Positions 20,117 through 29,885 of a stretch of DNA of 64,000 bases are shown piece by piece. A program made the position numbers and the translations under genes. How positions within the stretch are numbered: position 1 is the stretch's first letter; every line of letters starts with the position of its first letter. This stretch comes from Candidatus Sulfomarinibacteraceae bacterium (GTDB lineage: Bacteria; Acidobacteriota; Thermoanaerobaculia; Thermoanaerobaculales; Sulfomarinibacteraceae): positions 1,216,001 through 1,280,000 of the forward strand of contig CAWCLO010000004.1 of assembly GCA_963796455.1 (NCBI GenBank). The letters are read 5' to 3'. Below the pieces are notes generated by a model, which saw nothing but the letters and a program-made list of their open reading frames with translations, did not search any database and was not told the origin of the DNA.

Positions 20117-21250
20117 ATGACGAGTCTCGAATACTTCGATCAGAATTTGCAGCTCTTCCTCCAGGATCTGCAGGATTTCGTGGCTGTCGAAAGCCCGACC
20201 GGCAATCTGCAACAGCTCGAGCTTGCCGCCGACTATCTCATCGCGCGATTCGATCCGCTCGGAGAGCTCGAACGCCACGTGCTGGCTGATGCCGGGCCCC
20301 TCATCCACCTGACCCGCAAGGGCTCTGAAGGACGCATTCTCCTGCTCGCACATTACGACACGGTCTGGCCGGTCGGCTCGTGGAGCACACTATGGAAAAC
20401 TGAGAACGGTCGCGTCTTTGGTCCCGGTGTATATGACATGAAGGGTGGGTTGCTTTTCATCCTTTGGGTCCTCCGTTATCTGGAGAGCCAGGGACTGCAC
20501 CACCCGACCCTTGAGGTACTGCTCACGCCGGATGAGGAGATTGGAGCCCCTGGATCGCGGCCCTATATCGAAGAGGCCGCACGTCGCGCCGACGCGGTCC
20601 TGGTCCTCGAACCATGCAACCTCGACGGCAGCCTGAAGCTCGCCCGTAAGGGGTCCGGAGAGTATGTGATCACCATTCACGGAAAGACATCGCATCAGGG
20701 TGTCGAACCCGAGGTCGGAGTCAATGCGGTCGTCGAAGCGGCCCGCCAGGTCGTGCGGGTTCTCGATCTCGAAGACCCCTCGCTCGGCACTACCGTGGGA
20801 CCCAACGTCATTGACGGCGGCACTGCCAGCAACATGGTTCCGGACCGGGCTGAATTCCGCGTTGATGTCCGAGCGTGGACAGTAGCCGAAACCGAGCGTC
20901 TGGAGCTGGCTCTGCGCAATCTCGAACCGACGATCGAAGGTGCCCAAATCCACGTTTTCGGCGGTTGGAACCGGCTTCCCATGGAGCCTTCCGAAGAATC
21001 CCTCGATCTGTTCCGAGGGGTCCACTCGGTTGGCACGAAGCTCGGTATGGAGCTCGAGTGGGTACGTTGGGGAGGCTCTTCGGACGCAAACGTCGCCGCC
21101 GCGGTCGGAGCGCCGACCATCGATGGTTTCGGACCGATCGGGGAGGGTGCGCATCAGTATCTGGAGTGTATCGTCGTTGACGAGATTCCGAAGCGCCTGG
21201 CGTTGCTTGCCGAGGTGGTGGGTTCTCTAGCCTTTCTGAGTGCGGACTGA
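20117..21250 (+). CDS. M20 family metallopeptidase (glutamate carboxypeptidase-like)
   Basis: AHYDTVW, DMKGG, DEEIG, LEP, GGSSDAN, GAH. Confidence 0.9.
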   Translation: MTSLEYFDQNLQLFLQDLQDFVAVESPTGNLQQLELAADYLIARFDPLGELERHVLADAGPLIHLTRKGSEGRILLLAHYDTVWPVGSWSTLWKTENGRVFGPGVYDMKGGLLFILWVLRYLESQGLHHPTLEVLLTPDEEIGAPGSRPYIEEAARRADAVLVLEPCNLDGSLKLARKGSGEYVITIHGKTSHQGVEPEVGVNAVVEAARQVVRVLDLEDPSLGTTVGPNVIDGGTASNMVPDRAEFRVDVRAWTVAETERLELALRNLEPTIEGAQIHVFGGWNRLPMEPSEESLDLFRGVHSVGTKLGMELEWVRWGGSSDANVAAAVGAPTIDGFGPIGEGAHQYLECIVVDEIPKRLALLAEVVGSLAFLSAD

Positions 21251-21312
21251 GCCCGTTTCTCGCCAGGTAACTCCTGCGCTTCCTTGATGGATGAATATCC
21301 AGGAGGTACGCC

Positions 21313-22503
21313 ATGAGAGTTTTTATCGCCGGTGCGGTTCGCACACCAGTGGGCGCGATCGGTGGTGGTCTGAGCACCCTGCAGGCTCAGGATCTTGCCA
21401 CCATCATCATCCGTTCTCTGCTCGAACACACGGGATTCGACCCGAAATTGGTCGAGTACACCTGCATGGGTTGGGTGATGCAAGATCCGCGGTCCCCGAA
21501 CATCGCCAAAACTGCGGCCGAGTTTGCCGGTGTGCCCAACACGTCGCCTGGAACCACATTTCATGAAAACTGCGCATCGGGTGCAGCCGCCATCCACAGC
21601 CTCGCCCGCCGAATCATGCTCGGCGAAGTTTCGGTCGGTGTGGCCGGTGGAGTCGAGTCACTCAGCAATGTGCCCCGCTACCTCTACACCGGCCGGACCA
21701 AGCCCCAACTCTATGGCGACTGGAAACTCGTCGACGGACTTTTTGGCGCTTTGACCGATGCCAACGTCGGGAAAAAGGGTGAACTCATGGGTCTTCTCAG
21801 CGAGCGTCTCGTAGAGCGCTACGACCTCACCAGAGAAGAACAGGACGAGGTCGCATTCAGAAGCCACCACGGTGCGCTCGATGCATGGGGCAATGGGTCT
21901 TTTGACGACTACGTGATCCCGATTGAGGTCCCCAATCGTCGCGGTCCGGCGACGATCGTCGATCGCGACGAGGGGCCACGCGATATCTCCATGGACGAAC
22001 TTGCAGCCGCCAAACCGTATTTCAAACCGGATGGCGGCACCATCACCTCGCTCAACGCATCGAGCGTCAACGACGGCGCCGCCGCCGTGCTTCTCGTGAG
22101 CGAGGATCGAATGAATGAATTGGGTCTGCGGCCTTTGGCGGAGATCAACACATTTCACAACATCGGAGTCGCTCGTGAGTACATGGGTGAGGGCGCTTTC
22201 AAGGTCATCCCCCCACTGCTGCATCGCGCCGGCTACGAATTCAAGGATGTCGATCTTTTCGAAATCAATGAAGCCTTTGCCGCCGTTCTGGCTTCCGCGT
22301 TCCACGATCTCCCCGACCTTCCCCGCGACCGAACCAATATCTGGGGCAGCGGCATCTCCCTCGGCCATCCCGTCGGCTGCACCGGTGCCCGCCAGATCGT
22401 CGATATGACCCACCAACTGCGGCGCCGGGACCGTCGGGTCGGCGTCACGAGCCGTTGTGTAGGGGGCGGCATCGGCAGCGGAGAAGTGCTGGTCGCGGTT
22501 TGA
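21313..22503 (+). CDS. Acetyl-CoA C-acyltransferase (thiolase)
   Basis: NCASG, NEAF, GHPVG, CVGGG motifs; AGGAGG SD. Confidence 0.93.
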   Translation: MRVFIAGAVRTPVGAIGGGLSTLQAQDLATIIIRSLLEHTGFDPKLVEYTCMGWVMQDPRSPNIAKTAAEFAGVPNTSPGTTFHENCASGAAAIHSLARRIMLGEVSVGVAGGVESLSNVPRYLYTGRTKPQLYGDWKLVDGLFGALTDANVGKKGELMGLLSERLVERYDLTREEQDEVAFRSHHGALDAWGNGSFDDYVIPIEVPNRRGPATIVDRDEGPRDISMDELAAAKPYFKPDGGTITSLNASSVNDGAAAVLLVSEDRMNELGLRPLAEINTFHNIGVAREYMGEGAFKVIPPLLHRAGYEFKDVDLFEINEAFAAVLASAFHDLPDLPRDRTNIWGSGISLGHPVGCTGARQIVDMTHQLRRRDRRVGVTSRCVGGGIGSGEVLVAV

Positions 22504-22508
22504 AACAG

Positions 22509-22537
22509 AAAAAACCACGAGGCAGGATGCCTCGTGG
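22509..22537 (-). terminator. Intrinsic terminator for the minus-strand pilin-like gene (possibly bidirectional)
   Basis: CCACGAGGCA-gga-TGCCTCGTGG 10-bp stem next to an A6 run on + strand. Confidence 0.7.
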
Positions 22538-22700
22538 CGTCATTTCCTTGCGCTCTCACTGACGCGGAGCGTCACTGCCAATACCACTCAAAACGACGGC
22601 GCAGGGAGTCAATCACACCGGGAGGTCCGCTCCAAAAGCATCGGGGCGGTCCAGATATCCGACGCGGGCCCCGAAGTGGGGCCCCGCCGTCGTACCGGAT

Positions 22701-23165
22701 CTACTCCTGCACGCCCTCAGGCCACTGCAGAAACATCCCGTCGTTGACCACGATGTCGTCGTCGAAGTACTCGGTGGCACCGTAGGTGTACGGCGCACTC
22801 GATTCTCCGTCGAGGGCATAGGAAATCAACGTGTAGTGATCCCCGTCAGTGCTGGTATAGAGGAATGCCCGCATCCAACCGTCAACAGCGTTGTAATTGG
22901 ACATATACGCCAGCACGTGGGGCCGCAATGTCTCGGCATCGCTATCGGTTGGAGCGATCGGATATTTGGCATAATCCTGCTGGTACATGCCCACCGCCTT
23001 CGCGATGCCGTTGGCATCCGCGACGGTTCGAGCCTGGCGTCCACGCTGAATCGCGTTGACCAGGTTCGGTATGGCGATTGCGGCCACCAGTCCGATGATT
23101 GCGACCACGATCAGCAACTCAATAAGGGAAAACCCGCGAGACGATGAATGGTGTTGAGTATTCAT
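22701..23165 (-). CDS. Type IV pilin / GspG-like prepilin
   Basis: RGFSLIELLIVVAIIGLVAAIAIP N-methylation motif; DGW..F.Y...Y.LISY GspG-like segment. Confidence 0.9.
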   Translation of the reverse strand: MNTQHHSSSRGFSLIELLIVVAIIGLVAAIAIPNLVNAIQRGRQARTVADANGIAKAVGMYQQDYAKYPIAPTDSDAETLRPHVLAYMSNYNAVDGWMRAFLYTSTDGDHYTLISYALDGESSAPYTYGATEYFDDDIVVNDGMFLQWPEGVQE

Positions 23166-23232
23166 GGTCTCGTAACCAAGCAAACACTGTGCCAGAAATT
23201 GTGAACCCCCGAATAATCCCTTACGGGCCGCC

Positions 23233-23261
23233 TTGCCGGTCGCCCGCGATGGTGCTAGAGT
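23233..23261 (+). promoter_or_regulatory. Putative sigma70 promoter of tRNA-Gly
   Basis: TTGCCG-17 bp-TAGAGT with extended TG, 14 nt upstream of the tRNA. Confidence 0.5.
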
Positions 23262-23275
23262 CGGCATCCGCATCG

Positions 23276-23351
23276 GCGGGCATAACTCAGCTGGTAGAGT
23301 GTCAGCTTCCCAAGCTGAATGTCGCGGGTTCGAGTCCCGTTGCCCGCTCCA
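23276..23351 (+). tRNA. tRNA-Gly (CCC)
   Basis: Acceptor GCGGGCA/TGCCCGC plus TCCA; anticodon arm TCAGC-TTCCCAA-GCTGA; GGTTCGAGTCC T-loop; 76 nt. Confidence 0.97.
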
Positions 23352-23381
23352 ATGCAATTTCGAAGGACGAGGGCTCAGCGC

Positions 23382-23825
23382 ATGGGTATCTTTGGACGCG
23401 ACGACACCCCGGCCGACACGACCGCGGGCACGACATCTCGCGGCGCAGCACAGAATTCGCCGATAGCAGCCGGCGACCGCACCATCATTGCCCGCCCGAC
23501 GACGATCGATGGCAAACTGATGGGATCGAGCGAAATACTCATAGATGGAACAGTTAAGGGTTCCGTAACGTGCAGATCCCTGGTCCGGATCGCAGAGCGC
23601 GGATCGATCGAGGCCGATGTCCACGCCCTGACCGTTCAGGTGGCAGGCATCGTCAACGGAGATATTTCGGCCGATGAGCGCATCGTGCTCGAGAAATCGG
23701 CCCGGGTCAAAGGCAATCTCACCGCTCCCCGCATCCTGATTCAAGACGGCGCATCCTTCAAGGGCAAGGTCAATATGCGACCCGGCGAGGCGCGGCCGGC
23801 CGAAAAAACCGCAGGGCGACGGTAA
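23382..23825 (+). CDS. Bactofilin (polymer-forming cytoskeletal protein)
   Basis: Repeated IDG/VKG/V.G.I.A beta-helix pattern ending IQDGASFKG. Confidence 0.9.
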   Translation: MGIFGRDDTPADTTAGTTSRGAAQNSPIAAGDRTIIARPTTIDGKLMGSSEILIDGTVKGSVTCRSLVRIAERGSIEADVHALTVQVAGIVNGDISADERIVLEKSARVKGNLTAPRILIQDGASFKGKVNMRPGEARPAEKTAGRR

Positions 23826-23929
23826 CGTCGCTGGGTACACCCTCGACCTCGATCTCGTCAGAACTCCCCTCTTCCAAGACCTCGCAAAGGCCTCTCATTC
23901 TGAAACGGGCTGTACCAAAATGATTCAGT

Positions 23930-25084
23930 CTAGGATTCGGGCTCTGTGGCCGTCTCGGCCCGTTCAACCGGGCGATAGCGCTCGCGGTATATACCGGCCA
24001 GAGTGATGAACGCGGTCATTGTCAGCGGTCCGAGCAACAACCCGACCGCTCCGAATGCCGCCGCGCCACCGATTAACGACAAAAAAACCAACAGCGTGTG
24101 CATTTGTGCCCGCCGCCCGACGAGCAAGGGTTTGAGCCAGTATTCGACGACAGTGGAGATTGCGGCAAGCGGCACGAAAAGCATGAATGCGCGCCCGGAC
24201 TCGCCCGCGATCAACAAGATGATGGTGGCGGGGATGAAAACCAGCGAGATCCCGACCACCGGGATGAATGCGAGTATCGCCATCACCACGCCCCAGAGGA
24301 CCGGGCCGGGAAGACCCAGGAGCGCAAATGCGATACCACCGGCAATTCCCTGGATAATGGCCGCAAATCCGTTGCCCACCACCAGAGACGAAGCCATATC
24401 CATGAATCGGTGCGATACGGCCCGCTGTTCGTCGATCGGCATCGGCAGGGTCGTTTCGATCCACATTCTCAGATCACGACCGTCAACCAGAAGGTAGTAG
24501 ACAACCAGGACCCAGAAGACGAAGCCGAAGACAAATTGAAGAAGGTGCTTTGCCAGCGAAACACCCTGTTTGTAGAAGAACCCGCCGACCCGAACTCCGA
24601 CCGTTGCCAGGACATCGTAGACCTGGTCTACCGTGATCGTCATACCGAGGGGTTCCAACAGTCTATTTGCCTGATCGATCCGATCCTGGCGTTGTTCGAG
24701 CACCTCACGCAGGTTTCCCTGCGTCAACTGGGTCGTGCTCATCTCGTAGATCCCGAGAGCTTCCTTCGAAACCACCCGAGCCAACTGATAGAGAGGAACC
24801 AACAGCACCACCAGGAGGGCCACACAAATCAAAACGGCCGCTCGCCGTCGGCGGCCGTTGAGCATCAAGACGAGCCGGGTGTACGTCGGTTGGATCAAGC
24901 CGGCGGCAATCAAGGCCAACAAGATGACGGACGAAAACGGGGCCAGGATCATGAGCACCAGGAGGAGGGTCACACCGATGGCGAGCAGCAGCACGATCCA
25001 CGCTGCCCGTTGTGGCGATTCGGCACTCCGCTCGAGCACAGTCTTCTCTTCAGAGTCCACAGCTGTTCCTTTGCCCATTTTCAC
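23930..25084 (-). CDS. AI-2E family transporter
   Basis: YYLLVDG, FIPVVG, LKPLLVG, FGAVGLLLGP motifs. Confidence 0.9.
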   Translation of the reverse strand: MKMGKGTAVDSEEKTVLERSAESPQRAAWIVLLLAIGVTLLLVLMILAPFSSVILLALIAAGLIQPTYTRLVLMLNGRRRRAAVLICVALLVVLLVPLYQLARVVSKEALGIYEMSTTQLTQGNLREVLEQRQDRIDQANRLLEPLGMTITVDQVYDVLATVGVRVGGFFYKQGVSLAKHLLQFVFGFVFWVLVVYYLLVDGRDLRMWIETTLPMPIDEQRAVSHRFMDMASSLVVGNGFAAIIQGIAGGIAFALLGLPGPVLWGVVMAILAFIPVVGISLVFIPATIILLIAGESGRAFMLFVPLAAISTVVEYWLKPLLVGRRAQMHTLLVFLSLIGGAAAFGAVGLLLGPLTMTAFITLAGIYRERYRPVERAETATEPES

Positions 25085-25371
25085 GCCCTGCGATCGACGA
25101 GATAGTGAGCCAGTTCTTCGACAAAAGCATCAACGTCACGTGCCGCCGTTTCTTCATCGACCTCGAAAACCTCCATCAGATGCTCGACCAATCCCCGGTG
25201 ATCGTCAACCCCATCGCGCAAGGCCTCGACGAGATAGACACCGGATTCGTTGATCGAAAACACCTCGAAAGCATCAATGTCGAGGATCACACCGCTGTGG
25301 TCGGCCAGACGGGTCTGGCTGATCGCCTTTGACGATAACAGACGCGAAAGGTCGACGGCCCTCCGGGTCAT
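25081..25371 (-). CDS. PqqD-family RiPP recognition element (lasso B1-like)
   Basis: VILD...FSINESG...L...FEVDEETAARDVDAFVEEL pattern, 96 aa. Confidence 0.85.
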   Translation of the reverse strand: MTRRAVDLSRLLSSKAISQTRLADHSGVILDIDAFEVFSINESGVYLVEALRDGVDDHRGLVEHLMEVFEVDEETAARDVDAFVEELAHYLVDRRA

Positions 25372-25871
25372 GCAATCACCCCGGGTTCTGCAAAGGGCAG
25401 TTCGAGCAATCGCGCGTACTCCCCTGCAACCAGGGTCGAATCGCTTCCGACCGGTTTGCCATCGAGAGTCAGCCAGGCGTGACCGTCCGGATCAGCCGGG
25501 TGCTCACCGGGGCGGAAGCCGATGGTGAGGACCGTGCGCCCGCGGTTGAACAACAGGGCGCCAAGCACGAGCGAGCGCACCAGACAGGTGTCCCGACCGC
25601 CGCCCCACCGCGCCCATCGAGATGTCGCCCGAACCGTCGCCCGGTTCATTCGTTCGGTCGAGATAGTGAGCGGACCGCCTCCGGAACGCATCATTTCGGC
25701 CACAACCTGCGGCAGAGGCCGGGAGCCGACCCGCTGCGCCCTGCGCGCCAGGACCAGCGCCTTCATGAAGATGGCGAGATCCACAGGGTGGAAACCGCGG
25801 CCGATCGACGCAGCACCACTCCCTTTACCCGCATTTTCAGAGCGCGCCGATTGTCGTGTCGTCATTTCCAT
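25368..25871 (-). CDS. Lasso peptide B2-like transglutaminase-fold cysteine peptidase
   Basis: TCLVRSL, IGF, GHAWL motifs; start uncertain (25865/25871/25916). Confidence 0.85.
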   Translation of the reverse strand: MEMTTRQSARSENAGKGSGAASIGRGFHPVDLAIFMKALVLARRAQRVGSRPLPQVVAEMMRSGGGPLTISTERMNRATVRATSRWARWGGGRDTCLVRSLVLGALLFNRGRTVLTIGFRPGEHPADPDGHAWLTLDGKPVGSDSTLVAGEYARLLELPFAEPGVIA

Positions 25872-25943
25872 GTGCCCGTCATTCGTCCCCAGGTTGATGC
25901 CTCGCCTCCCCTCCATTGTCGCCGATTCTGTTACGCTCCGGCC

Positions 25944-27761
25944 GTGCCCGGACCCAATAATCTCCAGCAGCGATTTGTCGATCAGTTGCGATATGTGCCC
26001 CGTGCCTTCGCACTGGTGTGGTCTGCAGCACGGGGATGGACCGCATGTTGGATGTTGGTTCTCGCGATCCAGGGTCTTTTGCCCGTCGCCATCGTCTTTC
26101 TCACCCGCGTCCTCGTTGATCGCCTCGCGGCCGCTGCAGGAACCGGCGCCTCCTGGGAGCAACTTCAACCCATCGCCCTGCCTGCAGGTCTGATGGCCGG
26201 CCTGCTGGTCCTATCGGGTGTGCTCCGTGCCATCGACCGCCTGGTTCGATCGGCTCAAGCCGAGCTCGTCCGCGATCACATCAGTGGTCTGATCCACGAA
26301 AAATCGGCGGCCGTCGATCTCGCCCACTTCGAATCGCCCGAATATCACGACCTGCTGTATCGGGCGCGATCAGATTCCCACGACCGGCCGGTCCAACTCG
26401 TGCAGAACCTGGGTGCGCTGCTGCAGCACACACTCACCCTGTCGGCGATGGCTTTGGTACTCACCCGGTTTGGTTGGTGGGTCCCCCTGATCCTGCTCGT
26501 CAGCACCCTGCCGGCGCTCGCTGTGGTCTCCGGAAACGCCATCCGCCACCACCGGTGGTCCCTGAGCAGCACCGCCAACACCCGCCGAAGCTGGTATTAC
26601 GACTGGCTTTTGTGTACCAGGGAAAGCGCCGCCGAAACGCGAATCTTCGGTCTCGGCCCCGGTTTTTCTTCAGCCTTCCAATCGCTGCGGAAAAAACTCC
26701 GAAAGGGACGCTTCGATCTCAGCCTTGGCGAAGCTGTTGCGGAGATCGCCGCCGCGGTTTTCGCGCTCTTGGTGACCGGATCTATGGTGCTGTGGATGGT
26801 CATTCGGACCGCTGCCGGAAGCGCGACCCTGGGCGGGTTGGCCATGTTCTTCCAGGCATTTTCCCAGGGCCAGGCTCTCATGAGATCGCTCCTCGAGTCG
26901 GTTGGCCAGGTATGGGGAAACACCCTGTTCCTCGACAATCTTTTTCGTTTTCTCGCGATCGAATCGACAATCACCGACCCCACCAATCCCAAGTCACCCA
27001 TTTTCGACTCACCGCCCTCGATTCACCTCCGGACCGTTTCATTCTCCTATCCGAATGCGGAAGAAAAGGTCTTTGACGACCTGGATCTCGAGATCGAGGC
27101 AGCATCCACCGCCGCATTGCTCGGCGTCAACGGGGCCGGCAAAACAACCCTCTTCAAGTTGTTGTGCCGTTTTTACGATCCCGAGGGTGGCGCCGTGGAA
27201 ATAGGCGGTATCGATCTGCGCGAAATGGCCGTCGCGGACGCCCGTCGCCAGGTGAGCATTCTTTTTCAAGAGCCCGTCCACTACTCCGAAACCGTCCGCC
27301 GGAGCATCGCACTCGCCGAGCCGAACAAAGACCTCAGCGACGCTTCGATCGAGCGCGCGCTCGAGATCTCCGGCGCGCGGGAGATCGTGGACCGGATGCC
27401 GGACGGTCTCGATTCCATGCTGGGAACCTGGTTTTCCGGCGGGGCCGAACTGTCGGTCGGCGAGTGGCAGCGCCTCGCCCTTGCCCGAGCCCTCGTGCGC
27501 GAGGCTCCCGTCCTCCTGCTCGATGAACCGACCTCGGCCATGGATTCCTGGGCCGAGGCGGAGTGGAGGCAACGCCTCCGGCAAATGGCCGGCAAAAAGA
27601 CGGTGCTCGTGATCACCCACCGCTTGACCACCGCCATGCACGCCGACCGTATCTTCATCATGGATCGAGGCACCATCGTCGAGTCCGGAAGCCATGCAGA
27701 GTTGGTCACCGCAGGCGGGAGATACCAGGCGGCGTGGGATGGACAGTTCGGAGAATTGTGA
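25944..27761 (+). CDS. ABC exporter, fused permease/ATPase
   Basis: TM domain then GVNGAGKT, LSVGEWQRLALAR, LLDEPTSAMD, ITHRL; GTG start. Confidence 0.9.
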   Translation: MPGPNNLQQRFVDQLRYVPRAFALVWSAARGWTACWMLVLAIQGLLPVAIVFLTRVLVDRLAAAAGTGASWEQLQPIALPAGLMAGLLVLSGVLRAIDRLVRSAQAELVRDHISGLIHEKSAAVDLAHFESPEYHDLLYRARSDSHDRPVQLVQNLGALLQHTLTLSAMALVLTRFGWWVPLILLVSTLPALAVVSGNAIRHHRWSLSSTANTRRSWYYDWLLCTRESAAETRIFGLGPGFSSAFQSLRKKLRKGRFDLSLGEAVAEIAAAVFALLVTGSMVLWMVIRTAAGSATLGGLAMFFQAFSQGQALMRSLLESVGQVWGNTLFLDNLFRFLAIESTITDPTNPKSPIFDSPPSIHLRTVSFSYPNAEEKVFDDLDLEIEAASTAALLGVNGAGKTTLFKLLCRFYDPEGGAVEIGGIDLREMAVADARRQVSILFQEPVHYSETVRRSIALAEPNKDLSDASIERALEISGAREIVDRMPDGLDSMLGTWFSGGAELSVGEWQRLALARALVREAPVLLLDEPTSAMDSWAEAEWRQRLRQMAGKKTVLVITHRLTTAMHADRIFIMDRGTIVESGSHAELVTAGGRYQAAWDGQFGEL

Positions 27762-28830
27762 ACTGTGAATTCTGAATTCGGAGTTCGGAGTTCGGAGTTC
27801 GGAGTTTTCATGATCCGCTCTCCCCTCTCCGCTTCCGGATCGGTATCCACCGCAGCCGTTCGATAGCGATAGCTGGCCGCTCACATTCAAGATGTCATCC
27901 TGAGCGGAGCGCCTTTGGCGCCCAGTCGAAGGATCTGCGGTTTGATGTCTTTCCGGTCCGTCTCATAGATCCTTCGACTACACCCCTGTAGGGGCTCCGC
28001 TCAGGATGACATCGGGAGGCGACACTCCCATGCAGGAGAAATCTGTACCGGGTGGTTTCCCCTCTGCCCCTCCGCCCCTCTGCTCCTCAGCGCTGTGGGG
28101 TGCGGTTCACCCTTTCACTTTTTCACCTCACCCCTTCAGGACCGGTACCCACCGCAGCCGTTCGATCAGCGATATTGGCTGGCCGCTGCATTCAAGATGT
28201 CATCCTGAGCGGAGCGCCTTGGCGCCCAGTCGAAGGATCTGCGGTTTGATGTCTTTCCGGTCCGTCTCATAGATCCTTCGACTACACCCCTGTAGGGGCT
28301 CCGCTCAGGATGACATCGGGAGGCGACACTCCCATGCAGGAGAAATCGGTACCGGGCGGTTTACCCTCTGCTCCTCAGCGCTGTGGGGTACGGTTCTCCC
28401 TTTCACCCTTTCACCCCTTCAGGACCGGTACCCACCGCAGCCGTTCGATAGCGATACCGATAGCGATAGCGATAGCGAGGCTGCCGAGCGATCCTCTGCC
28501 CCTCTGCCCTCGCCCCTCTGCCCCTCTGCCATGTACGGAAAAGTTTCCCTGTCGCCCCTTCTCCCCTGTCCCCTTTCTCCCTTTCTCCCTTTCTCCCTTT
28601 CCCCTTTCACCCCTTCAGGACCGGTACCCACCGCAGCCGTTCGATAGCGATACCGATAGCGATAGCGATAGCGAGGCTGCCGAGCGGTCCTCTGCCCCTC
28701 TGCTCCTCTGCCCCTCTGCCCCTCTGCCATGTACGGAAAAGTTTCCCTGTCGCCCCTTCTCCCCTGCTCCCTTTCTCCCTTTCTCCCTTTCTCCCTTTCC
28801 CCTTTCTCCCTTTCCCCCTTCTCCCCCGCC
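27753..28830. repeat. Large composite repeat: heptamer array, 2 x ~305-bp module (REP-like palindromes 27891-28013 and 28196-28317), 2 x ~196-bp module with (ATAGCG)n, CCCCTCTG and CCCTTTCT arrays
   Basis: Direct comparison of copies; largely the reverse complement of modules at 14342-14930. Confidence 0.92.
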
Positions 28831-28849
28831 TCCTGTATACTCTCGCGCC

Positions 28850-29290
28850 ATGAATCGAGTCTCCTGGGAACGTTATTTCATGAACCTCGCGGTGCAGGCC
28901 GCGACGCGGTCAACCTGTCCCCGCAAACACGTGGGCGCCATCATCGTCCGCGACAAGACGGTTCTGTCAACCGGGTACAACGGTTCGATCCGCGGAGCTC
29001 CACACTGCACCGAAGTGGGGTGCCTCATGGACAACGACCATTGCGTCCGGACCGTCCACGCCGAAGCCAACGCCCTGGTCCAGGCGGCGTGCCATGGCAT
29101 CGCTTTACGGGACGCCCAGATTTATGTCACCGCGTCGCCCTGTTTCAACTGTTTCAAGCTGATCGTCAACTCCGGGATTCGCGTCGTTTCCTTCGGCGAG
29201 TTCTATCGCGATGAACGGGTGCTCCAATTTGCCGACGAGCTGGGCATCGAAATGAACCATCTCGGACTCGAAGATCTCAGCCCTGAGTGA
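28850..29290 (+). CDS. dCMP deaminase family protein (ComEB-like)
   Basis: RSTC, GYNG, HAEANA, SPCFNC zinc motifs. Confidence 0.92.
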   Translation: MNRVSWERYFMNLAVQAATRSTCPRKHVGAIIVRDKTVLSTGYNGSIRGAPHCTEVGCLMDNDHCVRTVHAEANALVQAACHGIALRDAQIYVTASPCFNCFKLIVNSGIRVVSFGEFYRDERVLQFADELGIEMNHLGLEDLSPE

Positions 29291-29874
29291 TGATCGACGT
29301 CGATTTCAATCAGGTCTCGATTCCTCTGGACGGTCAGGAGCTCTTCGGGCGCGACGCACCGATCGACGTGGAGATCGGCTCCGGCAAGGGGAAGTTCCTC
29401 AACGAGCTGGCTACCACGCATCCCGACCGGAATGTCCTCGCGGTTGAAAGATCGGCCAAATATCACCGGCTCTGCTGCGACAGGTCCGCCCGCCGTGGTC
29501 TGAGTAACGTGAGGCTGTTGCGAACCACCGGTGAAGACCTCCTCTATCGTTTGCTCGGGCCCGGGTCCGTCGAGAATATCTTTGTCCTCTTCCCCGATCC
29601 TTGGCCGAAAAAGCGACACCACAAACGACGGTTCATCCGGCCTGAAGTGGTTGCCGCGATAGGCCGCGCGCTGGTGCCGTCGGGCCGATTGCTGGTCAAG
29701 AGCGACCACCCGGCCTACGCCGAGGTCATCGGCGAGGTGCTTGCCGGTGCCGAGGGTTTTCGCACTCTGGATGTGGCGGCTGCCTTTGCCGAGTTGCCGG
29801 TCACCGGATTCGAGACCAAGTACCTCGCCGAAGGCCGGCCGATCTTCGCCTGGGCTCTTGAACGAATCGACTGA
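29287..29874 (+). CDS. trmB: tRNA (guanine-N7)-methyltransferase
   Basis: EIGSGKG, FPDPWPKKRHHKRR, KSDH, T.FE. Confidence 0.93.
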   Translation: MMIDVDFNQVSIPLDGQELFGRDAPIDVEIGSGKGKFLNELATTHPDRNVLAVERSAKYHRLCCDRSARRGLSNVRLLRTTGEDLLYRLLGPGSVENIFVLFPDPWPKKRHHKRRFIRPEVVAAIGRALVPSGRLLVKSDHPAYAEVIGEVLAGAEGFRTLDVAAAFAELPVTGFETKYLAEGRPIFAWALERID

Positions 29875-29885
29875 TACATCCGTTT

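Noticed and set aside
22540..22700. Possible small RNA between thiolase and pilin (two GC hairpins before the terminator)
   Set aside because: No recognisable family; the candidate -35/-10 spacing is wrong (23 nt); a 3' UTR explains it.
23276..23351. tRNA-Gly as an island integration site
   Set aside because: No integrase and no duplicated tRNA 3' end noticed; flanking genes look resident.
23770..23967. Candidate lasso precursor ORF downstream of AI-2E
   Set aside because: Overlaps both neighbours; no YxxP leader or T-x-G core pattern.
27848..28800. Possible CRISPR array
   Set aside because: Whole 200-300 bp units are duplicated; there are no unique spacers between constant 25-45 bp repeats and no cas genes.
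28310..28849. N-terminal extension of dCMP deaminase (likewise the NfeD-like ORF from 14862) and small ORFs inside repeat regions
   Set aside because: Low-complexity translations of repeats (PFSLSPF, DSDSD, SEFGIRN); downstream starts have -10-like boxes.
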